From: Tolypothrix sp. VBCCA 56010
GTDB taxonomy: Bacteria > Cyanobacteriota > Cyanobacteriia > Cyanobacteriales > Nostocaceae
DNA length: 64,000 nucleotides
Assembly: GCF_050875635.1 (NCBI RefSeq)
Contig: NZ_JBPAOH010000006.1
Span: forward strand, 49,729-113,728
Reading direction: 5' to 3'
Shown: positions 30,442-41,896 of the stretch, piece by piece
Layout: each line of letters opens with the position of its first letter
Numbering within the stretch: the stretch's first letter is position 1
Position numbers and translations under genes: made by a program
Notes under the pieces: generated by a model
Seen by the model: only the letters and a program-made list of their open reading frames with translations
What the model was told of the DNA's origin: nothing
Databases searched by the model: none

Positions 30442-31263
30442 TCATCCTCTCGCCATCTCAGCCAGCAACCGTCGAATCACCGACGCATCTTCAGCATCGG
30501 GAACTCTTGTTAAATAACTTTGCAAGTCTTGAGTAGCTTGGGTGTAAAGACCGAGTTGATAGTAGAGCAAACCGCGATCGCGCAATTCTAAAATCGTATC
30601 AGGCAACAACAGCAAAATTCTCTCAACTGCTGCTAAAGCTTTTTCTATATCCTGCTGTTTCAGATAAATATATTTCAGATTCGTCAGCATCCTCACCAAA
30701 AATTGCCGATGATTCACTGCGGCTAAAAATTCCGGTTGTAGCGTCACGCTTTGTTGATATATTTGCGAAAGCCTTTCTTGGCAATCTTCGACGAACATCA
30801 CTTCACCGTTATTAAACGCATCAACAAAAATCTCCATATCGGGAATATCTGGACGGATTAAGAAATGTAATGGCATTCCTACCCCCACCATCGGGAAATC
30901 AACTCTTCGGGCAACTTCTAGGTAAACTAGCGCCAAACTAATCGGAATTCCCAATCGGCGATCGATCGCATCATTCAAAAAGCTGTTGCGGGGGTCGTAA
31001 TAGTCTTTTTTATTGCCTGCAAATCCCAAATCATCGTAAAGATACTGATTAATACTTTGAATTACCCGCAAAGGATAACGTCCGATTGGCAAGCGTTTTT
31101 TAGCTTCCGCTGCCATTGTATCGAGGACGTTGAGGTAGTGTTCAACATCCAGGTCGGGATATTCTTCTTGGGCAATATATAATGCCGCCTTTGCCAAATC
31201 GATATTTCCGTCAGGCTGTTGAATCTCCTGGTAAAAATTTTGTCGCGCTGACGAGAAATTCAT
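30442..31263 (-). CDS. Transglutaminase-like/TPR protein of the SirB1 (UPF0162) family
   Basis: 273 aa. The assignment is from memory of the conserved family architecture. Confidence 0.55.
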   Translation of the reverse strand: MNFSSARQNFYQEIQQPDGNIDLAKAALYIAQEEYPDLDVEHYLNVLDTMAAEAKKRLPIGRYPLRVIQSINQYLYDDLGFAGNKKDYYDPRNSFLNDAIDRRLGIPISLALVYLEVARRVDFPMVGVGMPLHFLIRPDIPDMEIFVDAFNNGEVMFVEDCQERLSQIYQQSVTLQPEFLAAVNHRQFLVRMLTNLKYIYLKQQDIEKALAAVERILLLLPDTILELRDRGLLYYQLGLYTQATQDLQSYLTRVPDAEDASVIRRLLAEMARG

Positions 31264-31917
31264 ATATCTTATGCTGTGTCGATGTGTTGCTTACCCTTAT
31301 CTTAAAGACAATCAGAAGATTTGGACATCTATTCACACAGCTTTCATCGAAGGTAAATACCCAATGTAGTAAAGTTGACTTGTATATCTTTCTAAATAAT
31401 TTATTACATTTATCGGAATGAACGCACGCGAATTCAAGTCTTGTAGGGGCAATTCATGAATTGCCCCTACGTGAAATCAATTGGTAAGACGAAGGAAGTG
31501 CGTAAGTCCTAATTTAGATTAATCAGGTTTTGCGAAATGTCATTGGCATCGCGTGTATTAGATATTCAGAGTGAAATGGTATAGAACTGCTGCCTAAGTG
31601 CGCGATCGCGCTTTGGCGGCAGCTTTTTTCTTTTCGGCGTAGGATAGGATAATTTCTCACAGCTATGTTGAGCGCATACAAAGCAAGCGTGCGAATATCA
31701 GCCACGAAGAGCGAGCGATCGCGGTTTGCTCTATGCCAAATCAAAACACTTTTTTGCTCTCTAGTCTGACCCAAAGCCTTTAGGATCATAGTCTGCTGCC
31801 TACTTGAGGACATCAGTCTTAAGAATCAATTTATGGCGAAGATAGGAGTCGTTCGGTGATAACCTGGAAGATGAAACGTTAATCTTAAGTCGCCGACGAC
31901 CCTATCACCAAATATAG

Positions 31918-33387
<1,470 letters not shown>

Positions 33388-33399
33388 TTAGTTAATAGG

Positions 33400-33552
33400 T
33401 AATGGGGCATGGGGCATGGGGCATGGGGCATGGGGGAGGCAGTGCGTTGGAAAGGCTAGAAGCGACAGTCACGCATGTGGCATCATGGGGCATCGAAAGA
33501 ATCTCTTATTCCCCTTGCCCAATGCCCATTGCCCATTGCCCATTGCCCAATT
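33400..33552. repeat. Heptamer arrays GGGGCAT x5 and CCCATTG x4 flanking a 75-bp core between atpD and atpC
   Basis: Read directly from the sequence. Confidence 0.8.
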
Positions 33553-33573
33553 ACCAATCATCATTTACCAGAT

Positions 33574-33987
33574 ATGACCCTAACTGTTCGTGTAATTTCT
33601 CCAGATAAAACAGTGTGGGATGCCGCAGCTGAAGAAGTGGTGTTGCCCAGTACTACTGGTCAGCTAGGTATTCTCACAGGACATGCGCCACTCTTGACCG
33701 CTTTGGATACAGGTGTGATGCGAGTACGTGCAAATAAAAATCAGAATTGGACAGCGATCGCTCTCATGGGTGGTTTTGCCGAAGTCGAAGAAAACGAAAT
33801 TACAATTCTGGTTAACGGTGCGGAAAAAGGCGACTCAATTAACCTTGAAGAAGCCCGTGCTGCTTTCAATCAAGCAGAAACCCGCGTGAATCAAGTGCAA
33901 GCAGAAGACCGCCAAGCCCAAATCCAAGCAACACAAGCTTACAAACGCGCTCGCGCACGCTTTCAAGCTGCCGGCGGTATGGTATAA
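33574..33987 (+). CDS. atpC: ATP synthase F1 epsilon subunit (start at [16 protein letters not shown]; the longer ORF-track start lies inside the repeat)
   Basis: The conserved epsilon N-terminus begins at 33574. The upstream extension would translate the repeat array. Confidence 0.9.
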   Translation: MTLTVRVISPDKTVWDAAAEEVVLPSTTGQLGILTGHAPLLTALDTGVMRVRANKNQNWTAIALMGGFAEVEENEITILVNGAEKGDSINLEEARAAFNQAETRVNQVQAEDRQAQIQATQAYKRARARFQAAGGMV

Positions 33988-34043
33988 ACATCCAATCTGC
34001 CCAAACTTAAGTTAGGGAATAATATTCTTCCCAACAAATAAGA

Positions 34044-34080
34044 ACTCCTCCTAGCAACTTTCTATGAGGAGTTTTTATTC
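34044..34080 (+). terminator. Rho-independent terminator after atpC (ACTCCTC-loop-GAGGAGTTTTTATT)
   Basis: Read directly from the sequence. Confidence 0.6.
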
Positions 34081-34291
34081 TCATAAAGCGAGATTTTTTT
34101 ATGAAAAAGTAGTAAGCGATTCATCGCTTAATTCAGCCACTTAAGTGCCTACTACGAGATTAAATTTACATTTTTATTATGATAGCATTTCACGAAAATT
34201 ACGAAAATCTCGGTAGTAATAAATTTTTGTATACAAGTGCAACAAGTTTAAGAAATGTGGGGAACTCTTGGTGAAGTAATAGTTTAGATAA

Positions 34292-36406
34292 TTGTTGCCC
34301 AGAGGGGCAAGTTTTATGCAAAGCCGTAAAAATTCCTTTGATAGCCGTCAGCCAAATAAAATATTTCGTTTTGCAACATCGCTCTTTGCTTCTTTGGCGA
34401 TCGCTACTACAATTCAAGCAGCAAGCGCCGCTCCCACAAAAATTTCCACCACACAAGAAACTACCGACCCATCAGTCCAGGTAAGTCAAGTCAAGCCGAT
34501 TGCCCAACTTAAAATTGATAGCAGCAAATATCAGGCAATGCAGCTTAATCCGTGGGGACTGATTCCCATCGTTATTGTCGGCGGTTTAGTCGTATTTGTC
34601 CCCCTCTTCTTTGGCGGACTGGTGGTAATTGGCGAACGTGAAGTTGGCATTGTCATCAAAAAATTTGACATTTCTGGACGCAAACTCCCCGCAGGACGGC
34701 TAATAGCCCTAAATGGCGAAGCAGGCTTGCAAGCCGATACCCTTGCTCCTGGGTGGCACTGGGGCTATTTACCTTGGCAGTACTCAGTCAAAAAAGAACC
34801 GGTAGTAGTTGTCCCCCAAGGTGAAATCGCTCTCATCGTTGCCGCAGATGGCGCACCCATCCCCCCAGAACGCATTTTAGGCAAAATCGTCAATTGCGAC
34901 GATTACCAAGATGCGCGGAAATTCTTGACCCAAGGGGGAGAAAGAGGTCGGCAAATGGGTTTTCTCACCGCTGGTACTTACCGCATCAACACCGCTTTAT
35001 TTAAAATAATTACGGCGGCAAATGCTAACGCACATGGCATGAGTGCTGAACAGTTGCGGGTGTACAGTCTTGCCGCAGATAAAGTTGGCATCGTCACCAC
35101 TTTAGATGGTATTCCTATTCCCGCCGGTGAAATGGCTGGACCTGTAATTGACGGACACGACAATTTCCAAAATACTCAGAAATTTGTCGATGCTGGTGGA
35201 AGACGCGGTTTGCAAGAGCAAATTCTGCTTTCTGGTTCTTGGAATCTCAATCCTTGGTTTGTCCAAGTTGAGCAAGTAGCGATGACGGAAATTCCTATCG
35301 GCTATGTAGGTGTGGTAATTTCCTATGTGGGTAAGGCACATCAAGATGTCAGTGGAGCAGCATTTACTCACGGTAATTTGGTAAATGTGGGACACAAAGG
35401 TGTCTGGGTGGAACCGTTGTATCCGGGTAAGCATCCAATTAATAGCCGCATCATGAAGATTGAATTGGTGCCAACGACTAATATAGTTTTAAATTGGTCT
35501 GGTCGCACCGAACGTCACAGTTATGATGCCAAATTAGCTTCTTTGACGGTGCGTTCTCAAGATGGGTTTGCTTTCGATTTGGAAGTAGCGCAAATTATTC
35601 ATGTGGGTGCTTTGGATGCGCCAAAAGTGATTTCCCGCGTCGGCTCGATGCAAAATCTGGTAGATCATGTGTTGGAACCGACTATCGGTAATTACTTCCG
35701 CAACTCGGCGCAAGATTACAGTGTACTTGACTTTTTGACGGCACGCAGCGAACGGCAGGCGGAAGCGGCTGAGTATATTAAGGCTGCGTTACGCTGTTAT
35801 GATGTGCAGGCGATTGATACTTTGATTGGTGATATTCTCCCGCCAGCAGCTTTAATGCAAACACAGACAGACCGTAAAATTGCGGAGGAACAACGCAAGA
35901 CTTATCAAGTGCAAGAATTCGCTCAAACCCAGCGCCAACAATTAGTTCGGGAAACGGCGTTGGCGGAGATTCAGCAAGAAATGGTGAAGTCCGAGCAGAG
36001 TGTTAAAATTGCTGAATTGAAGGCAAACGCGCAGATTAAACAAGCTACCGGTCAAGCGGAAGCAACTCGCTTGCAAGCTGTGGGTGAAGCTGAAGGTATT
36101 CGGGCTGTTGGTAATGCGAAAGCGGAAACTTACAGCGCTGGTGTGGAAGCTTTGGGAACGCAAGGATATACGGCGATGCAATTAATGCAAATTATAGGCG
36201 ATCGCAATGTTCGTCTTATCCCAGATGTTCTCGTCGGTGGTAGCAATGGCACCAGTAACGGCTTGGTAGATGGGCTATTGTCGATGATTTTATGGAATCA
36301 ACAAACTGCAAAGCCGGGTGATGTGAAGTCGCCTTTGGAGGTAAAATCACACAACGGTAATTCGCCGTTGGTTGTTGATTTTTCCGCAAATAAATCAAAT
36401 CAGTAG
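34292..36406 (+). CDS. Flotillin-like SPFH/band-7 domain protein with an N-terminal signal/TM region and a C-terminal coiled-coil
   Basis: 704 aa. It has an SPFH core and a flotillin-type EA-rich coiled-coil (QAEATRLQAVGEAEGIRAVGNAKAE). Confidence 0.7.
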   Translation: MLPRGASFMQSRKNSFDSRQPNKIFRFATSLFASLAIATTIQAASAAPTKISTTQETTDPSVQVSQVKPIAQLKIDSSKYQAMQLNPWGLIPIVIVGGLVVFVPLFFGGLVVIGEREVGIVIKKFDISGRKLPAGRLIALNGEAGLQADTLAPGWHWGYLPWQYSVKKEPVVVVPQGEIALIVAADGAPIPPERILGKIVNCDDYQDARKFLTQGGERGRQMGFLTAGTYRINTALFKIITAANANAHGMSAEQLRVYSLAADKVGIVTTLDGIPIPAGEMAGPVIDGHDNFQNTQKFVDAGGRRGLQEQILLSGSWNLNPWFVQVEQVAMTEIPIGYVGVVISYVGKAHQDVSGAAFTHGNLVNVGHKGVWVEPLYPGKHPINSRIMKIELVPTTNIVLNWSGRTERHSYDAKLASLTVRSQDGFAFDLEVAQIIHVGALDAPKVISRVGSMQNLVDHVLEPTIGNYFRNSAQDYSVLDFLTARSERQAEAAEYIKAALRCYDVQAIDTLIGDILPPAALMQTQTDRKIAEEQRKTYQVQEFAQTQRQQLVRETALAEIQQEMVKSEQSVKIAELKANAQIKQATGQAEATRLQAVGEAEGIRAVGNAKAETYSAGVEALGTQGYTAMQLMQIIGDRNVRLIPDVLVGGSNGTSNGLVDGLLSMILWNQQTAKPGDVKSPLEVKSHNGNSPLVVDFSANKSNQ

Positions 36407-36413
36407 TTTATTG

Positions 36414-36440
36414 TAGAGACGTTCCGGTGGAACGTCTCTA
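36414..36440 (+). terminator. Palindromic hairpin TAGAGACGTTCC-GGTG-GAACGTCTCTA followed by AAAATT; a second copy is at 51968
   Basis: Perfect 12-bp arms, 8 bp after the flotillin stop. Confidence 0.5.
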
Positions 36441-36573
36441 AAATTAATTAGGGATTTTATAACGCAAAATTAGGAAAAAACGAACCGCAGAGGACGCAGA
36501 GTACACAACGAGTAGGAGTTGTAGAGGGTTTTTGCGTAATGCTGAAGTTTGAATTTATCGTGTTTAAATTTCT

Positions 36574-38331
36574 TTGAAGGGTATTTTGAGTTTTTTACAA
36601 GAACGTTACCGTTTACTTAAGTTGATAAGTCAAGGGGAATTTTACAAGGTTTTTCTTGCCGTGGATGAAAGTCGATTTCCTGTAGTTCGTTGTGTGGTTG
36701 AAGAATTCTCGCTGCAAATTGTCGGTTTTGAGCGAAGAAGGCAACTTTTAGAAGAAATTGGTAAGCATCCGCAAATTCCCGCAATTATAGCATATTTTCA
36801 GCAGGAAGGGTATTTTTATTTGGTACAGGAGTTTATTGAGGGTAGCAATTTAGCTGAGGTGCTTGAGGATGAGGGTGTTTTTAGTGAAAGTCAGATTTGG
36901 CAACTTTTAGAAAATTTGTTGCCTGTTCTCAAGTTTATTAGCGATCGCCATATCATTCACGGCAATATTAAACCCGAAAATATCATCCGCACAAAAGCGG
37001 GGGATTTGGTTTTAGTCAATTTTGCTACAGCTAAATTTGTGCCGAAAATCGACTTTTTTACAGAGCATGGCAATATCGGCAGTCCAGAGTATGCGGCTCC
37101 TGAGCAAATTAAGGGTAAATGCGTGTTTGCAAGTGACCTTTATAGCTTAGGTGTAACTTGCATTTACTTGCTTACGCATATTCCGCCGTTTGATTTATTT
37201 GATGTCGCTAATAATTGCTGGGCTTGGCGAGATTATCTTACCACCAAAGTAAGCGATCGCTTGGCGAAAATCCTTGACAAGTTGCTGTCCAACGCTGTTA
37301 ACCGTCGCTTTCAAAATGCTGACGAAGTTATGGAAGCAATGGGTATTAAATCCCCACTCGAAAATCTCCAATCCAAAATCTCCAATCCAAAATCCAAAAT
37401 CCAAAATCCTCCGTGGCAATGTTTGCACACTTTGACTGGATATGATGTATTAAGTAATGTAAATTCAATTGCGATTAGCCCTGATGGTAATATTTTGGCT
37501 AGTGGCAATGATGACAAAAGCATTATATTCTGGGATTTAAATACATTTGAAGCGATCGCCAATCTTGGGGGACATTCCCAAGCAGTAACATCAGTTGCTT
37601 TCAATTACGATGGAAAGCTTTTGGCGACAGGTAGCGATGATAAAACTATCAAAATTTGGGATGTTCGCAACTTCCAAGAGATTTTCACGTTAAGAGGACA
37701 TTCCCACGCTGTTAAATCAGTTGCCTTTAGCCCAGATGGAAAGCTGCTAGCTAGTGGTAGCTGGGATAAAACAGTCAAAATCTGGGATGTTTATTCTGGC
37801 GAAGAAATTTGCACTTTGACTGGACATAAATTACAGATCGGTGCAGTTGCGTTTAGTCCGCAATCAAAGCTTTTGGCAAGTGCTAGTTTTGACAGAACTA
37901 TTCGCTTGTGGAAGTTGTCTGCTGAATTGCAAAATGAATTGAAAAACCGCCCTTATCAAACACTTATAGGTCATGCAAGAGCGGTTTTAACAGTCGCTTT
38001 CAGTCCGGATGGTCAAATTTTGGCGACGGGTAGCGATGATAACACTATTAAATTGTGGGAGGTGAACACTGGTAAGTTAATTCGTACACTTTCCAGTCAT
38101 TCCTGGTCGGTGGTGACACTAGCTTTCAGTGCCGATGGGGAAACATTGATTAGTGGAAGTTGGGACAAGACGATTAAGCTTTCTGGGGTAAACACAACAG
38201 CAGAAATTGCTACTTTATCTGGTCATGTAGACTCAGTGTTTACCGTTGCTGTCAGCCCTGTTGCACTGATTGCTAGTGGCAGCAGGGACAAGACAATCAA
38301 ACTTTGGCAGCTTGTATCGCAATCAACTTAA
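36574..38331 (+). CDS. Ser/Thr protein kinase fused to a WD40 repeat domain
   Basis: 585 aa. It has Hanks kinase motifs (HGNIKPENII, DLYSLG) followed by multiple WD repeats (GHS...WD). Confidence 0.85.
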   Translation: MKGILSFLQERYRLLKLISQGEFYKVFLAVDESRFPVVRCVVEEFSLQIVGFERRRQLLEEIGKHPQIPAIIAYFQQEGYFYLVQEFIEGSNLAEVLEDEGVFSESQIWQLLENLLPVLKFISDRHIIHGNIKPENIIRTKAGDLVLVNFATAKFVPKIDFFTEHGNIGSPEYAAPEQIKGKCVFASDLYSLGVTCIYLLTHIPPFDLFDVANNCWAWRDYLTTKVSDRLAKILDKLLSNAVNRRFQNADEVMEAMGIKSPLENLQSKISNPKSKIQNPPWQCLHTLTGYDVLSNVNSIAISPDGNILASGNDDKSIIFWDLNTFEAIANLGGHSQAVTSVAFNYDGKLLATGSDDKTIKIWDVRNFQEIFTLRGHSHAVKSVAFSPDGKLLASGSWDKTVKIWDVYSGEEICTLTGHKLQIGAVAFSPQSKLLASASFDRTIRLWKLSAELQNELKNRPYQTLIGHARAVLTVAFSPDGQILATGSDDNTIKLWEVNTGKLIRTLSSHSWSVVTLAFSADGETLISGSWDKTIKLSGVNTTAEIATLSGHVDSVFTVAVSPVALIASGSRDKTIKLWQLVSQST

Positions 38332-38364
38332 TTATGCGATACTAGGCGCTGTTTTCAAACTGCC

Positions 38365-38482
38365 TAACACCCTAAAGGGTGCAGCTATACGAACCAAGTC
38401 CGCCTACGCGGACTACGGAAAAATAGCGTTCTTAGCCTGCGTAGGCAGGCTTTGTTCGTATAGCTCCAGGCTTCCAGCCTGA
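38365..38482. repeat. Structured intergenic element: CACCCTaaAGGGTG palindrome, a 12-bp long-range inverted repeat AGCTATACGAAC...GTTCGTATAGCT enclosing GCCTACGC/GCGTAGGC, then CAGGCTtccAGCCTG
   Basis: Read directly from the sequence. It lies between the convergent kinase and PSRP-3 genes. Confidence 0.45.
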
Positions 38483-38508
38483 AAGATAATAGGAATTGAA
38501 AACACGCA

Positions 38509-38808
38509 CTAAGCGCTACCTGTGAAGGTAACTTCCGGAAATTTCAGTTGAGCCTCAGCCATTGGACGGTTTCTGCCTTCTTCTTGCCAGTAGTTGATTA
38601 CTTCTGTTCCTTTGTTGAGCAACTCAACGCGATCGACATCACTAATCCAGTGTTTTGACTCAAGCTCTTTTTTTAACTCTTCCCAGGCATCATTTCTGGG
38701 CCAGAAAAAGTACTTAGTCAAGGGACTTGTGCCTTTGCCGACAACTTGATCGACCGCCAAGGCGACGTTTTCATCCAACCACAAAATCTTCAAAATAAAC
38801 TTGGTCAA
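38509..38808 (-). CDS. Plastid-specific 30S ribosomal protein 3 homolog (PSRP-3/Ycf65)
   Basis: 99 aa with the conserved [18 protein letters not shown] and [21 protein letters not shown] segments. Confidence 0.85.
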   Translation of the reverse strand: MTKFILKILWLDENVALAVDQVVGKGTSPLTKYFFWPRNDAWEELKKELESKHWISDVDRVELLNKGTEVINYWQEEGRNRPMAEAQLKFPEVTFTGSA

Positions 38809-38972
38809 TCATACCTCCGCTAATTTGTGTGTTTTAAGGAATTAACTCATGCGATCGCTTATTTTAACGCAATACCTCACTAAATGGGCAATCGGGTATT
38901 ATAAGCAATTCAAGAAGGAGAAATCCATTTTTCTAGAAAGGCTACTATAAAGTGTAGTCGGCGCTTTCAGAG

Positions 38973-39449
38973 ATGTTTATGACTGCCCAACTGCCTCAAT
39001 CTCAAACGACATCTTGTTCAGAGTTATACGAGCAAGACTTTTACTTGTGGATTCAAGCAACTATAGAATTGCTCAAGCAAGGTCGGCTCACAGAACTGGA
39101 CTTAGAAAATTTGATTGAAGAAATTGAAACAATCGGCAGGAGTGAAAACAAAGCACTCAGAAGCAATTTGTCAGTGGTGCTGATGCATCTATTAAAATAT
39201 AAGTATCAAGCTGATAAGCGCTGTGGTAGTTGGCGAGCCACGATTCGGGAACATCGCAAACGCCTTAGACAAGCTCTAGAAGAGAGTCCTAGCCTCAAAC
39301 CTTTTTTATCTGAGGTTTTCGCCCAGTGTTATGACGATGCGAGGCTGTTGGCTGCCGATGAAACTGAATTGGATTTGATTATCTTAAGCGAACAATCTCC
39401 CTTTACACCAGAAGAAGTCCTCAACCCTGATTTTTTACCTGAGTCATGA
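38973..39449 (+). CDS. DUF29-family protein
   Basis: 158 aa. LYEQDFYLWIQ is the typical DUF29 N-terminal motif found in cyanobacteria. Confidence 0.65.
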   Translation: MFMTAQLPQSQTTSCSELYEQDFYLWIQATIELLKQGRLTELDLENLIEEIETIGRSENKALRSNLSVVLMHLLKYKYQADKRCGSWRATIREHRKRLRQALEESPSLKPFLSEVFAQCYDDARLLAADETELDLIILSEQSPFTPEEVLNPDFLPES

Positions 39450-39494
39450 TATCACGCTTTATTATGAGGTAAAACTCTTTTGCTATAAGCGCCC

Positions 39495-40283
39495 ATGACT
39501 CAAGAAACTTCTGCAAAAGCCATCGTAGTCTTTGATATTGACGGTGTGATCCGCGATGTTGGCGGTTCTTACAGACGAGCGATCGCCGATACTGTAGAGC
39601 ATTTTACGGCAAATGCGTATCGCCCGACATCATTAGATATCGACCAGCTCAAGTCTGAAGGCGTTTGGAATAACGATTGGGAAGCATCCCAAGAGTTAAT
39701 TTACCGCTATTTTCAAACTCAAGCTATACCCCGCGAGCAATTGCAACTGAACTACAACACGATTGTCGCCTTTTTTCAATCGCGTTACCGAGGACCCAAC
39801 CCGGACAATTGGACGGGATATATCTGCGATGAGCCGTTATTGTTAGAGTCTAGCTATTTAGAGCAACTAACATCAGCTGGGATTGGCTGGGGATTTTTTA
39901 GCGGTGCAACTCGCGCTTCCGCTAATTATATTTTGCAAAAACGCTTGGGTTTAAAGTCGCCTATACTAGTGGCGATGGAAGATGCACCAAGTAAACCAGA
40001 CCCTACCGGACTTTTCGCTACTATTCGTCTGTTGGCTATTGACAAATTACAGCCAGTGATATATGTGGGAGATACGGTAGCAGATATGTACACGGTGGAG
40101 AAGGCGCGAAGTGTTGAACCTGACCGCACTTGGATTGGTGTAGGTATTTTACCGCCGCATGTGCAGGAGACGGTAGCGCGTCGTGAAGCTTATGCCGAGA
40201 CATTGCGAGAAGCGGGAGCGGCGATAGTTTTGAGCAATGTGCAAGAATTAACATCAGTGCAGATTCAGGAATTGTTGCGGTAA
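39495..40283 (+). CDS. HAD-superfamily hydrolase (TIGR01548-like)
   Basis: It has HAD motif I (FDIDGV) and a downstream conserved Lys/Asp pair (GD...D). Confidence 0.7.
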   Translation: MTQETSAKAIVVFDIDGVIRDVGGSYRRAIADTVEHFTANAYRPTSLDIDQLKSEGVWNNDWEASQELIYRYFQTQAIPREQLQLNYNTIVAFFQSRYRGPNPDNWTGYICDEPLLLESSYLEQLTSAGIGWGFFSGATRASANYILQKRLGLKSPILVAMEDAPSKPDPTGLFATIRLLAIDKLQPVIYVGDTVADMYTVEKARSVEPDRTWIGVGILPPHVQETVARREAYAETLREAGAAIVLSNVQELTSVQIQELLR

Positions 40284-40371
40284 CGCAAACCTAAATAAAT
40301 TCTGGAGATGTTTGGATGCGTGACAAAAAAGACTTAGGCTAACACGAAAGATTCTGAATTAAGGCGATCGC

Positions 40372-41829
40372 ATGACCAACGGCGTAATAATGCAATATTT
40401 CCATTGGTACATCCCCGATGATGGTAGCCTATGGAATCAACTGAACAAAACGGCTCACGAGTTAAAGAGTGCAGGCTTCACAGCTTTATGGCTACCCCCA
40501 GCTTACAAGGGTAGTGGTGGCGGTAGAGATGTCGGCTACGGAGTCTACGATTTATTTGATTTGGGTGAGTTCGATCAAAAAGGCAGTGTCCGCACAAAAT
40601 ACGGAACACGCGATCAATATCTGACAGCAATTAAAACCGCTCAAAATGCGGGTATTCAAATCTACGCCGATGTCGTTTTCAACCATAAAGATGGTGGAGA
40701 TGAAACAGAACGCATCTGGGCAGAGGAAATGGATTGGAATGATCGCAACCGTCCAGTCAGCGATTGGTATGAAATTGAAGCTTATACCAAGTTCAATTTT
40801 TCTAATCGTGGAGATAAATACTCCAGCATGAAGTGGCATTGGTGGTGCTTTGATACATTATCCTACAATGCAGCCACCCAACGAGGTGATAAACTCTACC
40901 GTATCAAGAACAATAACTTTGAGACAGAAGTTAGTCACGAACACGGTAACTATGACTATTTGATGGCGAACGACTTGGATATGGGTAACGAGTTCGTGCG
41001 CGGTGAATTGATGTATTGGGGACGTTGGTTTGTTGATACCACAGGTGTAGATGGCTTCCGGATTGATGCTGTCAAACATATTCGTTCCAGCTTTTTCCGC
41101 GATTGGTTGAACCACCTACGAGTGCATTTTGGCGGGCGAGAATTATTTAGTGTGGGGGAGTACTGGTCACAGGATATCGATGCGCTACACGGCTATATTG
41201 CTGCTAGCGATGGGCGGTTATCGTTATTTGATGCGCCACTGCATTTTAAGTTTCATCAAGCAAGCCGCCAAGGTAATAGTTTCGATATGCGATCGCTTTT
41301 TGACAGAACTTTAGTTAAAGAACAACCAAGCAAAGCTGTCACTTTTGTCGAAAATCACGATACCCAACCGTGTCAATCGTTAGAATCCCCAGTTGAACCT
41401 TGGTTTAAACCTTTAGCGTATGCATTAATTTTGCTACGTCGCGAAGGTTATCCTTGCGTTTTTTATGCAGACTATTACGGAGCGCAATATCATGATAAGG
41501 GACGTGATGCAACTCTTTATTCTCACCGTTTCTTGATTGATAAGTTTTTGAAAGCGCGTAATGAATACGGTTTTGGCGACCAACACGATTACTTTGACCA
41601 TCCGAATACTATCGGTTGGACGCGCTTGGGTAATAGCGAACATCCGGGGGCAATGGCTGTAGTGTTGACCAACGGTGAATCTGGCAGCAAGTGGATGAAT
41701 ATGTTTCGAGCAAATGCAGCTTTCTACGATTCCACCGGACATATCCAAGAAATTGTTTATACTAACAGTGACGGATGGGGAAATTTCTCTTGTCCGGGTG
41801 GTTCTGTGTCAGTTTGGTTGCAAAAGTAG
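40372..41829 (+). CDS. amyA: Cytoplasmic GH13 alpha-amylase (E. coli AmyA / Bacillus type)
   Basis: 485 aa with no signal peptide. It has the MQYFHWY start and the GH13 catalytic regions (GFRIDAVKHI, EYWS, FVENHD). Confidence 0.88.
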   Translation: MTNGVIMQYFHWYIPDDGSLWNQLNKTAHELKSAGFTALWLPPAYKGSGGGRDVGYGVYDLFDLGEFDQKGSVRTKYGTRDQYLTAIKTAQNAGIQIYADVVFNHKDGGDETERIWAEEMDWNDRNRPVSDWYEIEAYTKFNFSNRGDKYSSMKWHWWCFDTLSYNAATQRGDKLYRIKNNNFETEVSHEHGNYDYLMANDLDMGNEFVRGELMYWGRWFVDTTGVDGFRIDAVKHIRSSFFRDWLNHLRVHFGGRELFSVGEYWSQDIDALHGYIAASDGRLSLFDAPLHFKFHQASRQGNSFDMRSLFDRTLVKEQPSKAVTFVENHDTQPCQSLESPVEPWFKPLAYALILLRREGYPCVFYADYYGAQYHDKGRDATLYSHRFLIDKFLKARNEYGFGDQHDYFDHPNTIGWTRLGNSEHPGAMAVVLTNGESGSKWMNMFRANAAFYDSTGHIQEIVYTNSDGWGNFSCPGGSVSVWLQK

Positions 41830-41896
41830 TAAGGACTTTAGTCCTTCATTATATGAGGACTGAAGTCCTCACTACGAACTTACGAGGAAGTGAAAA

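Noticed and set aside
31523-31813. A 96-aa minus-strand ORF upstream of atpD
   Set aside because: It has no recognisable domain, lies in the atpD promoter region and has an unfavourable composition. It is probably noncoding.
33475-33573. An N-terminal extension of atpC suggested by the ORF track
   Set aside because: The extension translates the CCCATTG heptamer array. The conserved epsilon-subunit N-terminus starts at 33574.
34199-34456. An 85-aa minus-strand ORF
   Set aside because: It overlaps the 5' end and signal region of the flotillin-like gene on the opposite strand and has Cys-rich, odd composition.
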